From a virus: a stretch of DNA of 64,000 nt. Below are positions 30,434 to 40,754 of this stretch, piece after piece. A program made the translations under genes and the position numbers. The stretch's first letter is position 1. Every line of letters starts with the position of its first letter. The DNA is taken from the IMG/VR virus record IMGVR_UViG_3300043409_002109, positions 32,001-96,000 of that record; one strand, 5' to 3'. The notes beneath the pieces are model-generated. The model made no database searches. It was given only the letters and a program-made list of their open reading frames with translations, and was not told the DNA's origin.

Positions 30434-32533
30434 ATGTCTCTGAAATTAAAAGAAGCAACAGACTTTATTCTGAACGAGAGGAAGGCTGCCCGTAGACGGG
30501 CAGCGGATACCCCACACGTTGAGATAGAAGAGAAGAGGCTAGATAGCCTAGAGCAAAGAACCATTGAGCTGAAGAGCCTCCTAGAGGCTCAGAGATCTAT
30601 TCGTGGCGGGGGGCTAATGACCTCTGCCAGTGAAGTGAACTTTATCAAGAATGCGAAATATCAGGCAGCCCTAATGGCTGACAAGACGAACACTCTGGGA
30701 GAGAGAATCCAGCACAATGTTCACGAAGGCTTTTCTATCATTGAGGGGATAGAGAGATCCCTTGCCTCTCTTGAATCAGATATAAAAGAGAGTGAGCTTG
30801 AGTTTAAGAACGGCTACACAAAGGTTCATTTTAATAGCTTCGTTCGACACATAGACATGGATGAGGATTTTGAAACCACCCCTGTCCGAAGGGATCCTAA
30901 AACAGACATCCCTTACATCTCTAGTAGTATCTGTGAGATTGTTCCTGGAGTAGGCGTTACCCTTCCTTTGCTTCACGAAGAATCTATAGCATTCATTGAT
31001 GCAAGTTTAGTCTCAGAAGGTACGGACCGAGGGGATACAGAGAATCCCCTGATTCAAACAAGCCCAAGGAATGTGCTCTTACCTAATGGCTTGTTTAGAT
31101 ACTACATTGTGAAGAGAGAGTTCGATGAGACTTCGCGTCTATACAAGGCTGGAGATGTGACTTGTACTTTGCAACTTGAACTCTCTGGACTGCAGCTTAT
31201 TAACACACTAGTTATAGAGCCAGTATCTAGTTCAAGTATCTTCCTGACTAATCTTAAATGTGTCTCTGATAATGGAACAGAGATAACTATTGAAATAGAG
31301 CCCCAAGAGTTAATAAAAAAGACCACTCTTCTTTTTGGCGCTATTCGAGCTAGGTATATAATCTTCACCTTTAAGCAGTATGCTCCGGTAGAGCGCACCC
31401 AAATCTCTATGGGTAATAGTTATGCAGAGAAATTCAACGAACTGTTAGAGTCATCTGGGCTCACCCCGACTCTTTCTGAAAGCAAAGAGCTTGTCTATGG
31501 GGCGGCTTATGACTTCTCTTTGAAATCCATTAAAGGCTTTTTCAGAGAATACAACTCCACAGGCGTCTTTACTTCAGGTCCCATTCGCGCGAAGAACCTG
31601 ATTTCATTATCTTTAAATGAGAATACCGAGACTCCTAGCTATGTAGAAGATCAGTACCTGTATGGCAACACTATTGAAACGCCCTCTATAGAGAGATATG
31701 TTCACGCAGATGTGAAGACTCCTACAGGGCAGCTTTGTGTTACTGGGTTAATCCCGCTGAGAGATAGTTCGAACCTGCAGAATGAGTCTTTGCCTTTGTT
31801 CGGAAAGATATCTCGCCTAAAGTTTTTCCCAGATATATATAAGGACCTTTCTAAAGGGCGCTGTACAGCTACTTATAACGGGAGTCTTAATCTCTGGGTT
31901 GTTACTTGTGCAGATGGTATACCTGGATTGAGTTCCAAGACCACAGGAGTCCTTTATACTGACAGTGACCTTAGGTTCATTGGCGCAGATGGATCGGAGC
32001 TTGTAGCGGGTCCTGCCAATTATGTTAAGCTCACTGCAACATCTTTGTGGGTCGCGCCCTTCGGAACGGGGAATAGAGACAGAATTACATCAGTGTCTCT
32101 TCCTTATCTCTATGGCTTCTTTGTCTCTGAGCAAACTAATTCTATTGTTGTTTCTGATTCCGGGGCAGAGTTAGTTCTTGGTACAGATTATCAGCTCTCT
32201 TTTGATCGAGGTTCAACTTGGGTCTCGGTTCTGCCTTGGGGGGTAGCTACACTAGGCCAAGAGATGGCTGGTGATGTCTGGGTAAAGTTCCTTTCTCCTG
32301 ACTATACTGAGCGCTACTCAGTGGAGTATCCTGTCTTGAAGAACCAATGGCTTGAGCAGACTAAGACTTTCAGGATGAAGAACTATCGGATTACGGTTGC
32401 GCCAGAAAAGAAACACAACATATGTTCTCTTAGAAGCGTCTACGTTATCCGAGCGTCGAGCGAAAGCACTTATTACACTCCGGTTATACAGAATTATTCT
32501 TTGAACCTGAGAGAGTTGAATGTCAATAAGTAA
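30434..32533 (+). CDS. structural protein, paralog 1 of 3 (coiled coil + jelly-roll)
   Basis: N-terminal coiled coil; shares ordered motifs with the next two ORFs. Confidence 0.55.
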   Translation: MSLKLKEATDFILNERKAARRRAADTPHVEIEEKRLDSLEQRTIELKSLLEAQRSIRGGGLMTSASEVNFIKNAKYQAALMADKTNTLGERIQHNVHEGFSIIEGIERSLASLESDIKESELEFKNGYTKVHFNSFVRHIDMDEDFETTPVRRDPKTDIPYISSSICEIVPGVGVTLPLLHEESIAFIDASLVSEGTDRGDTENPLIQTSPRNVLLPNGLFRYYIVKREFDETSRLYKAGDVTCTLQLELSGLQLINTLVIEPVSSSSIFLTNLKCVSDNGTEITIEIEPQELIKKTTLLFGAIRARYIIFTFKQYAPVERTQISMGNSYAEKFNELLESSGLTPTLSESKELVYGAAYDFSLKSIKGFFREYNSTGVFTSGPIRAKNLISLSLNENTETPSYVEDQYLYGNTIETPSIERYVHADVKTPTGQLCVTGLIPLRDSSNLQNESLPLFGKISRLKFFPDIYKDLSKGRCTATYNGSLNLWVVTCADGIPGLSSKTTGVLYTDSDLRFIGADGSELVAGPANYVKLTATSLWVAPFGTGNRDRITSVSLPYLYGFFVSEQTNSIVVSDSGAELVLGTDYQLSFDRGSTWVSVLPWGVATLGQEMAGDVWVKFLSPDYTERYSVEYPVLKNQWLEQTKTFRMKNYRITVAPEKKHNICSLRSVYVIRASSESTYYTPVIQNYSLNLRELNVNK

Positions 32534-35477
32534 CATAAAGGAACGTCTGAACGATATTGAGATCGCGGGCTTTAAAGCTATACTTCCTCAATATGCATTC
32601 CGTCGTCAGCTAGCCTCTACCGCTGAGGCCAGACAGCTGGCCGAGAGCGAAGCTATCGTTTGGATGGAGTCTCTTCTTGAGACCACGACTAGACCCCTGG
32701 AAGTGAAGAAGGGCGATGCTCTCTTTGCACAAGACCTGGCTGCGGACTACTCAAGATACTCTAGCCTGAGCACCTTGCTAAGGGCTAACTTCCAGGCGCT
32801 CGCTGATCTATATATTGAGTATGAGAACACTAAGAAGCTCAAACTTCTTGAACTGACCGCGAAATTGCGTAGAGTTCATCAAAAGAAATCTTCCTTGTCT
32901 CTAGGTAATGAGGAATATAGATACTCTTTAGTTGACTCTTTCCTCAATCAGGATTGGCTTCTTTCGAAGTTTCTTTCCGGGAAGGTCTGCTCGGTCTCTC
33001 CTGAGCAAGGCATAGTAACTCTTCCGGTTTTGTCTCAGACTAATATCCGCATCAAAGGTGTAGTAATAGCTAGTGGCTCAAATGGCCGAGCAGGAAACTC
33101 AGATACGGAAGTTGATGTCAATGTAAGCCAGTCCCTCAATATGCTTGATGGGTCGGATGATAGCTGGTTCGAGTATGAAAGACTTGATACGGGCCCATGT
33201 GAACTCGTATTAAATTTTGAGCTTGAGTCTTCTCAGATAGTAAACTCTATGCAGCTTCTTGGGGCGAACCTTTCTGGACTTTCAAGCTTTGAAATAAAGG
33301 ATATACTTTTTTCTGATGTCGGATTGGATTCGATCAGTGTTAAAGATCTAGTTAATCAAGATCTCCCTCAGTCTTTTTGGACTTGTAATGGAATCTCTGC
33401 AGACGGGACATGGAATGTGGTCTTCCTTCCTGTAAGAGCCCGGACCATCTCCCTTAAGTTAAGCCAGAGGAGTTCAACTCAAATTGTTACCCTCTCCGCT
33501 GATAGCAGAGAGGTCACGCGAGATCGGTATGGTATTGGAATAAAGGAGATTAGAGTATTCCAAAACAAGTATGCGGGGAAGGGTGAGATAGGGAGTACTG
33601 CTCGGGAGTACCCGGCTGGGCTCTATACTGGAATAGCTGAAGCTGAAGTTCATCCACCTAGTCCAGACCTATACGATCTGAACTTTGAGTTTAGCTTGGA
33701 TCGAGGAAGCAGTTGGTCTTCACGACAGAATATAGACAAAGAAAGGTCTAAGACCTTTCTGCTAGATGGCCTTGGTGGAGACTATACTTGGAGAGCGAGC
33801 CTTGAGAGACAAGATGATAGCTTCCAGCACCTTGAGACTATGTTCCAGAAAGAGAAGGCCACCAAAGTAATTGAGAGCTTAGCTAAGACTTTCTCCAGAT
33901 TCAACTCCCCTATGAGTATTGCGCTTAAAGAAAAACCAGCTTTTGACAAAGTGTTTCTTCTTCAGCCTAAGATTGCTAGAAGAGGAGACCGGCTTTCAGC
34001 TACTCCTATCTCAAGAAACTTCGGGGTAACTTCTGCTATAGAGTCTCCAGTAGACTTCCTATCCATGGCAATAGATACAGAGTCATTCCATCTTTATATT
34101 AACGGTTCTGAGTACACCCAGACTGAAGACAATTCTACCATAGAGGCAGGTGAGTGGGCTTTCTCTGATGACTATAGGCAGATGCTTTTAGCCGAAGACC
34201 TCCCCATCAGTAGCCAGGTTAAGTTTGTTCTAGATCCAGAACTCATGTCTTTTAAAGAACGTTCCGATGGTTATTACCATCAGATGGAGTTCCTTTTTGA
34301 TCCGGATAAGAAGAATATCAAGATTACGTTCCTCTCGAAGGACGTGAAGAAGTTGAATAAGCTTCTTCCTCGGGACAAAAGAATCATCCCCCTGGGAGTT
34401 TCCTTTATCGAAAGTGAAAGTGTTGTGTTGACTTCTTCTGATGGGACGGCTCTCGCTTCTGTAGCGAGTAAGGACCTAGTTCTATCTGCAACAGACTTTT
34501 ATATCGACTGTATCAACGGGGTCCTTTACCTTGAGTCTGAATCAGCGAACGATCAGCATCGCATATCTCTTAGGCATCACACGCCAGTAGCTCTAAGCCC
34601 TGAAGACTACAGTGTTGTTTTTGAGAAGATGAAGCCTGTAGGTATCTTGATCCATCGCAATGCTTTTGAAGCAAAAGCCTATACCCAGACTACAGATAAT
34701 GTTACAGAAAAGACCATGGACCTTATCTCTGGTTCATACTCTGAGCGAGACTCTTTGTTCACTGGAACTATTGACGCTTTAACTCTGAACCAATTTCCTA
34801 TCATAGAAGGCAGCGTCTCTGTCGCTTCTGACTTCCTGGAGGACAGTTCTGTGCCAGAGGAAATTCCTTTTCTCGATGGCCACAGTGAGTTCCTTGGACT
34901 TATAGAGATGAAGAAGGAAACTACATCTGCTGCTGCTGCAGATGTCAATGATCTAGTCATATTCAACCTTGCTGCCGGAGCAACATGGTTCTCCGATTAC
35001 CCTGTTGTATTTGATAACACAACCCTCTTCAGTACTCTTGTAGCCACCTTAGGAGATGTAACGACCACTGGTGAGTACTTCGTAAGTACCAGCGGAGAGG
35101 TAACTCTCTTCTGCGCGGCGGGGATACCAGCTTCTACTTATAGCTACTTTTATAGAGACCCTTCTTTTAATCCAGATAGAAAATTTTCTGTTGACTATAA
35201 GAAGGGGCGGGTGTATTCCTTTGCTGCTATCAATAGTAGTTCTTCTATTTCTTATAAGGTTGCGACTTATATCGCATCTTATGATATAGCTTCTCAGATT
35301 GATGACTTCACTTATGATAGCAAAACTAATACGGTTTCCGTCCGGACAGAGAATCTAAAAGATTTTAATAGTTCTATCAAAGTGTTCTGGGAGAAAATAG
35401 ATAAAGCTCAGAATCTTGAACAACTAAGAGAGTTCTTCTCTCCTCTGTTAACTGCTATGAAGATAAGGTTTGCCTAA
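32520..35477 (+). CDS. structural protein, paralog 2 of 3
   Basis: Coiled coil followed by a discoidin-like NMLDGSDDSWFEY...VRARTISLKL segment and repeated D/E-Y-x-V-D-xxx-G motifs. Confidence 0.55.
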   Translation: MSISNIKERLNDIEIAGFKAILPQYAFRRQLASTAEARQLAESEAIVWMESLLETTTRPLEVKKGDALFAQDLAADYSRYSSLSTLLRANFQALADLYIEYENTKKLKLLELTAKLRRVHQKKSSLSLGNEEYRYSLVDSFLNQDWLLSKFLSGKVCSVSPEQGIVTLPVLSQTNIRIKGVVIASGSNGRAGNSDTEVDVNVSQSLNMLDGSDDSWFEYERLDTGPCELVLNFELESSQIVNSMQLLGANLSGLSSFEIKDILFSDVGLDSISVKDLVNQDLPQSFWTCNGISADGTWNVVFLPVRARTISLKLSQRSSTQIVTLSADSREVTRDRYGIGIKEIRVFQNKYAGKGEIGSTAREYPAGLYTGIAEAEVHPPSPDLYDLNFEFSLDRGSSWSSRQNIDKERSKTFLLDGLGGDYTWRASLERQDDSFQHLETMFQKEKATKVIESLAKTFSRFNSPMSIALKEKPAFDKVFLLQPKIARRGDRLSATPISRNFGVTSAIESPVDFLSMAIDTESFHLYINGSEYTQTEDNSTIEAGEWAFSDDYRQMLLAEDLPISSQVKFVLDPELMSFKERSDGYYHQMEFLFDPDKKNIKITFLSKDVKKLNKLLPRDKRIIPLGVSFIESESVVLTSSDGTALASVASKDLVLSATDFYIDCINGVLYLESESANDQHRISLRHHTPVALSPEDYSVVFEKMKPVGILIHRNAFEAKAYTQTTDNVTEKTMDLISGSYSERDSLFTGTIDALTLNQFPIIEGSVSVASDFLEDSSVPEEIPFLDGHSEFLGLIEMKKETTSAAAADVNDLVIFNLAAGATWFSDYPVVFDNTTLFSTLVATLGDVTTTGEYFVSTSGEVTLFCAAGIPASTYSYFYRDPSFNPDRKFSVDYKKGRVYSFAAINSSSSISYKVATYIASYDIASQIDDFTYDSKTNTVSVRTENLKDFNSSIKVFWEKIDKAQNLEQLREFFSPLLTAMKIRFA

Positions 35478-37490
35478 ATGAAGATATCGAAAGAGTACAG
35501 AGACGCTATAAAAAGGCGGATAGTAGTAGATTTCATAAAGGACCAGCAACGCTCGCCTACCCCGTCTGAGTTATTAGAGCTTTTAAATACAGCTTATAAA
35601 AAGTATGAGGCTATAGATGAGGTCGGTTTCTGTGGGTTCGATTTAGAAAGACCGAGTTATAGTGACAGTAGTTCTGCTGCTTTAGAGATGCTCAATAAAG
35701 AGACTATGGCTAGAGACCAGGAAGTGCTTCAGGCGCGATTAAAGAGCCTGTCTTCTTCTATGGAAGAGTCATTTCGCTCTTTCATCTCATCTATAAATAG
35801 AAACTATAAGTATCTAACCAAGATTGAAAGTCGGGTAGATTCTTTATTACTACTTAACGGGCAGAGTGATATCTTCCTCAATGGGATAGAAGAGACTTTT
35901 GACAATCATCAACATGTAGATTATGAACTGACAGATGCTACAGTCGCTGACGGCTATGTTACGATTGGGCGTGGCGGTTATCGCCTAGCAGATCTAACTA
36001 CCGCCAACCTAAAGCATATGGTTATTGCCCCTCAAGGTATTCTTTCTAAAAGGATTAGCTCTTCCATCGATAGCCTGATAGAGGATGATGGGAAGTTCTG
36101 GGAGTACATACTTTATACTGATTATGAGACAGGAAGAATCTCTCTCGTTCTTGAGATAGAGTTCCAAGAGCCTACGTATGTTTCTGATATCAGACTAGGT
36201 ATCGCACCGTCTTCTGTCTCGAAACAAATGACGGCAAATTTTTTTGCATCTTTAGATGGGAAAGTATTTAACCTTATAGGTGATCCTGAGTTACCTATAA
36301 CTCAACAGTCTTTTCTGTTGAATGTAGGGTTAGATGAAGTTAAGAAGCTTCAAATTCTCTTATCTAAGGATGCATTTGATACGAAGAGCGCTGATAATAA
36401 GCAGAATGTCTATACGTTCTCTTTAGATTCGCTTAAGCTGTATACAGACCCTTATAAGAACTTGGTCTCGACTGTTGTCTGCGGCCCTTATCCGGTAATA
36501 GACGCAGAAGATTCAGAAATCAATTTCACTAAAGCTAAGCTTTCTGCTTGTACTATAGAGCCAATCGGAACCTCTATAGATTTTTATTTATCAAATGACG
36601 GTGAGACCTGGACACATGCTTCTCACGATAATAGTTCTAGCAATCTAGTCTTGTTTGGAACTTCTGAAGTAGGCAACTCTATTGGCTATATAGACGGGGC
36701 AGTAACTGCTGGAGTCTTAGTCGAATCATCCGATGATGTTGAGGCGCTAGAGTTTGCTACAGAAGCACTTCTAAACGGCTATATTACTGGCTCGGCGGCA
36801 GCAGAGGTAGCAATTGAAACCATAGTCCTAAAGCGCAATATAAATACAGACTATGATTCTTCTACTGTGCTCTCAGCTGAACGAGGGTGGAAGCTTGATA
36901 CTAAGACTAACCGATACAGTACTACTATTTACATCGACGCCCTAGAGGGGAGGTCAATAGATTTTGGTCCGAAACCGGTTCTTATAAATGGTAGAGAGTG
37001 CACCGGATTAATCAAGCTGAATCAGGGGTACTCTGTTGTTGAAGTTTCTGATGCTAGTTTCGGGATAGTTATTGGAGGGCTGACTACACTAGCAGAGCTG
37101 AAGACTGCGGACCCCCTCTATCCATACAATCATAAACTCCTTATCTCTGGGTATGATTACCCAGGTTCTTTCTCAGAGGATAGGGTATATCTTGGAGCTG
37201 ACGAATTCTTCGCAACGAAGATGCGGTATATAGCTCCAGACTTTTTTGCTTTCATAGAGCCTACTGAAAAAAACTATTATGATGTTTTTACTCTGGAGGA
37301 TGTAGATGGTACACTCTATTTCAAAGTAAAAGTAAATAAAACTGATGCCTCTTGGTCTGAAGAACTTTTCAGCATGACCTGGCTAAGACAAACTACTAAT
37401 ACAAATCAATTATGGGTTAAGGCGCTATTGTCTACGGACAGTGTACAAAACTCTCCTAAGTTAGAATCTTTTTCTGTTCAAGTGATATAG
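35478..37490 (+). CDS. structural protein, paralog 3 of 3
   Basis: Coiled coil, SLIEDDGKFWEY, FYLSNDGETW, C-terminal SPKLESFSV. Confidence 0.55.
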   Translation: MKISKEYRDAIKRRIVVDFIKDQQRSPTPSELLELLNTAYKKYEAIDEVGFCGFDLERPSYSDSSSAALEMLNKETMARDQEVLQARLKSLSSSMEESFRSFISSINRNYKYLTKIESRVDSLLLLNGQSDIFLNGIEETFDNHQHVDYELTDATVADGYVTIGRGGYRLADLTTANLKHMVIAPQGILSKRISSSIDSLIEDDGKFWEYILYTDYETGRISLVLEIEFQEPTYVSDIRLGIAPSSVSKQMTANFFASLDGKVFNLIGDPELPITQQSFLLNVGLDEVKKLQILLSKDAFDTKSADNKQNVYTFSLDSLKLYTDPYKNLVSTVVCGPYPVIDAEDSEINFTKAKLSACTIEPIGTSIDFYLSNDGETWTHASHDNSSSNLVLFGTSEVGNSIGYIDGAVTAGVLVESSDDVEALEFATEALLNGYITGSAAAEVAIETIVLKRNINTDYDSSTVLSAERGWKLDTKTNRYSTTIYIDALEGRSIDFGPKPVLINGRECTGLIKLNQGYSVVEVSDASFGIVIGGLTTLAELKTADPLYPYNHKLLISGYDYPGSFSEDRVYLGADEFFATKMRYIAPDFFAFIEPTEKNYYDVFTLEDVDGTLYFKVKVNKTDASWSEELFSMTWLRQTTNTNQLWVKALLSTDSVQNSPKLESFSVQVI

Positions 37491-37499
37491 GTGATATAA

Positions 37500-38990
37500 A
37501 TGGCTATTCTTTCCGAGCAACTTCAGACTCTTGTGCAACGGGTAGGCGCGAATGCAGGAAAGCTTCGTACAGAGACTGAACGTGCCGCCTTTGTATCTAA
37601 TGTAAGAGCAGACTTATCTAATATCATCAGTATGTACAACGATATTATTACGCCTATTCTTTCTACTTTGCCTGAGGAAGTTCTAACTGCCGGGCTGAAT
37701 GGCGCGCATCTACCTACTTACTATGAAGCTACAGCAGCAGATTCTGCAGCCTTTTACTCTTCCAGCTTAGGAAGAGCCCTAACCGTAAAGGAGAGTATAG
37801 ACGTTTTAATATCAGAGATAAGTCGTATCGAGAATGAAATAGGTAGTATAGATGAGGCTGCAGTCTACGATGATTCGGCTTTAGTGTCTGCTGTTAATAC
37901 TCTAGAGCAGGATATAACTCAGTTAACAGAAGATATTATGGGAGCAAACTATACCCTAGATGGCGATGGAAGTCCTAATCTAAGCTATCCTCTTTCTCAG
38001 ATTGTTGATGCCCTCGGGGCTTTCTTTGCTGGTTACACTCCTACGGGGAACACTTATTCTGGATCTTATCCTGCTATTAGTTTCTCTGGAGGAACTCTTC
38101 AGGGGGCCTATACTGCTGGTACAACCGGAGCAGGGGACGTAGAGCTAGAGAATGCCAAGGGGCATATAGTAATAAAGGATGACCCCATTACCCCGATTGA
38201 AGTTTATCTAGAGTGGCAAGATGATGGAGCAGTTTCCTTAGGCGAGATCGGCGCAGATGGCATATATCTGAAGACTGACGCTGGAGCTTATAAGCTAACC
38301 AAGACTGCCGCAGCCCCAGCTGCAGCGGCGAATACTGGTGCGATCATTGTCATGGATGATGCTGTGACTAGTGATGCTGAGTTGCACTATCGGAATGACG
38401 AAGCGGCAGATGACCCTGCTCAGATAACTAGAGCTGGTCGAGTCAAAGAGCTTGAAATGGGATCTGAGTGGGTAACCCCAGTGGCAATGATCCAGACCTC
38501 TGCGCCTCCGACTCGTAATAATATTGTCTTAGGTGTAGCCCCTAACACTGATATGGAATATGCTGCTGTGCAGCTTCCTGATGCAGCCAACACCCTTCTC
38601 TACGTTACCACCTCCATGCCTGTCGATGAGGATGGATTAAATCCTGGTAGTGCTTTTATCCAAGTATTCTCTGCTCCGACTACGAACCCTGGGGCAGGAC
38701 CGTATACGTACGAATTAGTGTTACATGCTAATGACACTGGAACGTCTCCTATTGTTGCAGCAGGAGGTACGCTTATACCTACGGTATGGTCTTCTCTTGG
38801 AATAAGCGCGTCTCCGGCAATAGCTATGCCGGCTAATCTTAATCGACTAGACGAGCATCATTGGACTCTTCCACTCTCTGACATGGCAGGGGTACTCCCC
38901 CTTAAGATTGAGCGGAATACGGCTTCCGGCGGGGACACCTACGTAGGAACAGTTTCTATTATTGGAATGAAAATTACTTGGTATCGCTAA
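37500..38990 (+). CDS. tail fibre-like structural protein
   Basis: N-terminal helical/coiled region, TLQGAY motif, Ala/Thr/Pro-rich beta C-terminus; GGTG RBS. Confidence 0.45.
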   Translation: MAILSEQLQTLVQRVGANAGKLRTETERAAFVSNVRADLSNIISMYNDIITPILSTLPEEVLTAGLNGAHLPTYYEATAADSAAFYSSSLGRALTVKESIDVLISEISRIENEIGSIDEAAVYDDSALVSAVNTLEQDITQLTEDIMGANYTLDGDGSPNLSYPLSQIVDALGAFFAGYTPTGNTYSGSYPAISFSGGTLQGAYTAGTTGAGDVELENAKGHIVIKDDPITPIEVYLEWQDDGAVSLGEIGADGIYLKTDAGAYKLTKTAAAPAAAANTGAIIVMDDAVTSDAELHYRNDEAADDPAQITRAGRVKELEMGSEWVTPVAMIQTSAPPTRNNIVLGVAPNTDMEYAAVQLPDAANTLLYVTTSMPVDEDGLNPGSAFIQVFSAPTTNPGAGPYTYELVLHANDTGTSPIVAAGGTLIPTVWSSLGISASPAIAMPANLNRLDEHHWTLPLSDMAGVLPLKIERNTASGGDTYVGTVSIIGMKITWYR

Positions 38991-39755
38991 GTGTACAATT
39001 ATCTTCTGGGTAACCCTGAGGCTAATTGTCTTGTAGTTAAGAGAGGAGGAGGTCTGGGAGATTCTCTGATGTTAGAGTTCTCTATCGGCTTTCTCAGGCA
39101 GCAGTTTCCAGAGGCTAAGGTAACTGTAGCCTATGGTACGGAGAAAGAGGCCGCCTACTTCAGCGGGAGTCTTGCTGATTACCTGGACCCCAGAGATTTT
39201 GATAAAGTGGTTGACGTTAGCTCTTGCTCTGTGGCTTATGAGCGGCCGGGCTCCCTCATCAAGAACAGAATAGACATCTATAAGAATAGATTGTCGTGCC
39301 CTGGGATTCTTTATCCGCAGCTGAAGCAGAAAGAAACTGCTTGCCCCTCTGAATTTATCACTGTGCACTGTACTTCTGAAGATCCTAATCGCTCTTGGCC
39401 ATTATCTAATGTGGTTAATCTTAGCAAGGTCTTTTCTGACGAGCGGTTCAAAGTTCTGGATACGGGGTACTCTCTTGAAGAGGCCGCGTATTTGATAAAT
39501 AAATCTAAACTTTTTATTGGTGTCGATTCCCTGTTCATGCATATGGCTGGGATACTAGGGCGTCGCGCCATAGTACTCTTTGGACCTTCTGTTCCTTCTT
39601 CAAGGCTTGCATATTACCCTACCCATACACCTCTATATGATCCTTCCTGTCGGCATTGTTGGCATCAAGAATGCTTGCTAAAAAGAAGCTGTATGAATAG
39701 AATCCCTTTAGATACCGTTAGTGCTCAGCTTGAAAAGATTCTTGCTGAGATTTAA
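38991..39755 (+). CDS. glycosyltransferase family 9 (heptosyltransferase-like)
   Basis: GGLGDSL, RSWP, LFIGVDSLFMHMAGILGRRAIVLFGPS and C-terminal CxxC..C..C. Confidence 0.85.
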   Translation: MYNYLLGNPEANCLVVKRGGGLGDSLMLEFSIGFLRQQFPEAKVTVAYGTEKEAAYFSGSLADYLDPRDFDKVVDVSSCSVAYERPGSLIKNRIDIYKNRLSCPGILYPQLKQKETACPSEFITVHCTSEDPNRSWPLSNVVNLSKVFSDERFKVLDTGYSLEEAAYLINKSKLFIGVDSLFMHMAGILGRRAIVLFGPSVPSSRLAYYPTHTPLYDPSCRHCWHQECLLKRSCMNRIPLDTVSAQLEKILAEI

Positions 39756-39773
39756 TTATCTTAAGGAGTTTTT

Positions 39774-40229
39774 ATGTCGGAGGGAAGTAAGTTATTAGAG
39801 CTGGAGATGGAGATGCTGGATATTACTCGCCGGCTGGATAGACTCTCGGGAGATTATTCTAATATGAGTTCTAGTCTCAAAACAATTCAAGATGATCTGG
39901 GCTTAGTGAAGGGAAATTTAAATAGATTCTTTGAACATGAGTGGCCGGCAGTAGACAAAGCTATTACTCAAACCAATAGACAGCTTGGAGATATGGCAGA
40001 AGCTGCTGTAGCTGAAAGAATAAAGGCCGCTGTTCATGCTGTTCAGCTAGTCTATGAGAGCAAAGAGCGGGAAAAGGAAAGTCTCTTCTTCAAGCAAGAG
40101 ATTGCAAAAAATAAAGCCGAGATGGAAAGGCAAAAGAATACCATAATCAAAATTGCTTTGATTGCACTTGCCAGTGGTGGTGCGGGATCGGCAGTAATAC
40201 AGGGGCTTAGCGCCTTATTAGGTGGATAA
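39774..40229 (+). CDS. coiled-coil protein with C-terminal TM segment (holin/XhlA-like candidate)
   Basis: AAGGAG RBS; heptad pattern; IIKIALIALASGGAGSAVIQGLSALLGG tail. Confidence 0.4.
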   Translation: MSEGSKLLELEMEMLDITRRLDRLSGDYSNMSSSLKTIQDDLGLVKGNLNRFFEHEWPAVDKAITQTNRQLGDMAEAAVAERIKAAVHAVQLVYESKEREKESLFFKQEIAKNKAEMERQKNTIIKIALIALASGGAGSAVIQGLSALLGG

Positions 40230-40457
40230 ATGGCAGTTACTGATAGTCAATACGCTTCTCTTCTATCTCGACTTACGAAGATAGAACGTGTTATGAATGA
40301 CCTAATCACTGCTCAAGGCAATCTCGTGTCAGCATTACAGGTCAATGAAGTATTCACTGTGCTTCAGCAAGAGATGGATTCACTTAGTTCTGATGTGGAG
40401 GCTCTAACTAGTCGAGTGGAGACCATCGAGAATGAGCCTTACGATGAGAATGGGTAG
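40230..40457 (+). CDS. small coiled-coil protein
   Basis: Abuts the upstream stop; heptad repeat LSSDVEALTSRVETIE. Confidence 0.5.
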   Translation: MAVTDSQYASLLSRLTKIERVMNDLITAQGNLVSALQVNEVFTVLQQEMDSLSSDVEALTSRVETIENEPYDENG

Positions 40458-40462
40458 GGCGG

Positions 40463-40495
40463 AAAAAGAGAAGGGCGCCGTGAGGCGCCCTTTAG
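40463..40495. terminator. intrinsic terminator between convergent operons (probably bidirectional)
   Basis: Hairpin AAGGGCGCC-GTGA-GGCGCCCTT (40471-40492). U-rich tail TTCTCTTTTT on the - strand and TTT on the + strand. Confidence 0.8.
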
Positions 40496-40511
40496 CTTAG
40501 TAGCTTAAAGG

Positions 40512-40754
40512 CTACTCTTCCGGATTCCTGATAAAGGAAACAGCTGCTGGAAGTTTTGGGTTGGAAGCTTTGTATCTCTTCTCTACTGAACTCAATAGGG
40601 TTGGATTAGCCACTCTGCTTGCTGTCTCTAAGCTCGTAATTCGAGATTCGAGTTTAGATATTACACTTCTGAGAGTTTTGTTTTCTGCGTGGAGAACTTC
40701 TATCTCGGTAAAGATAGCATCTATATCTGCATCATTAACTGCGGTAGACGGCAT
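40512..40754 (-). CDS. hypothetical coiled-coil protein
   Basis: Last ORF of the - strand operon; overlaps the upstream gene. Confidence 0.55.
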   Translation of the reverse strand: MPSTAVNDADIDAIFTEIEVLHAENKTLRSVISKLESRITSLETASRVANPTLLSSVEKRYKASNPKLPAAVSFIRNPEE

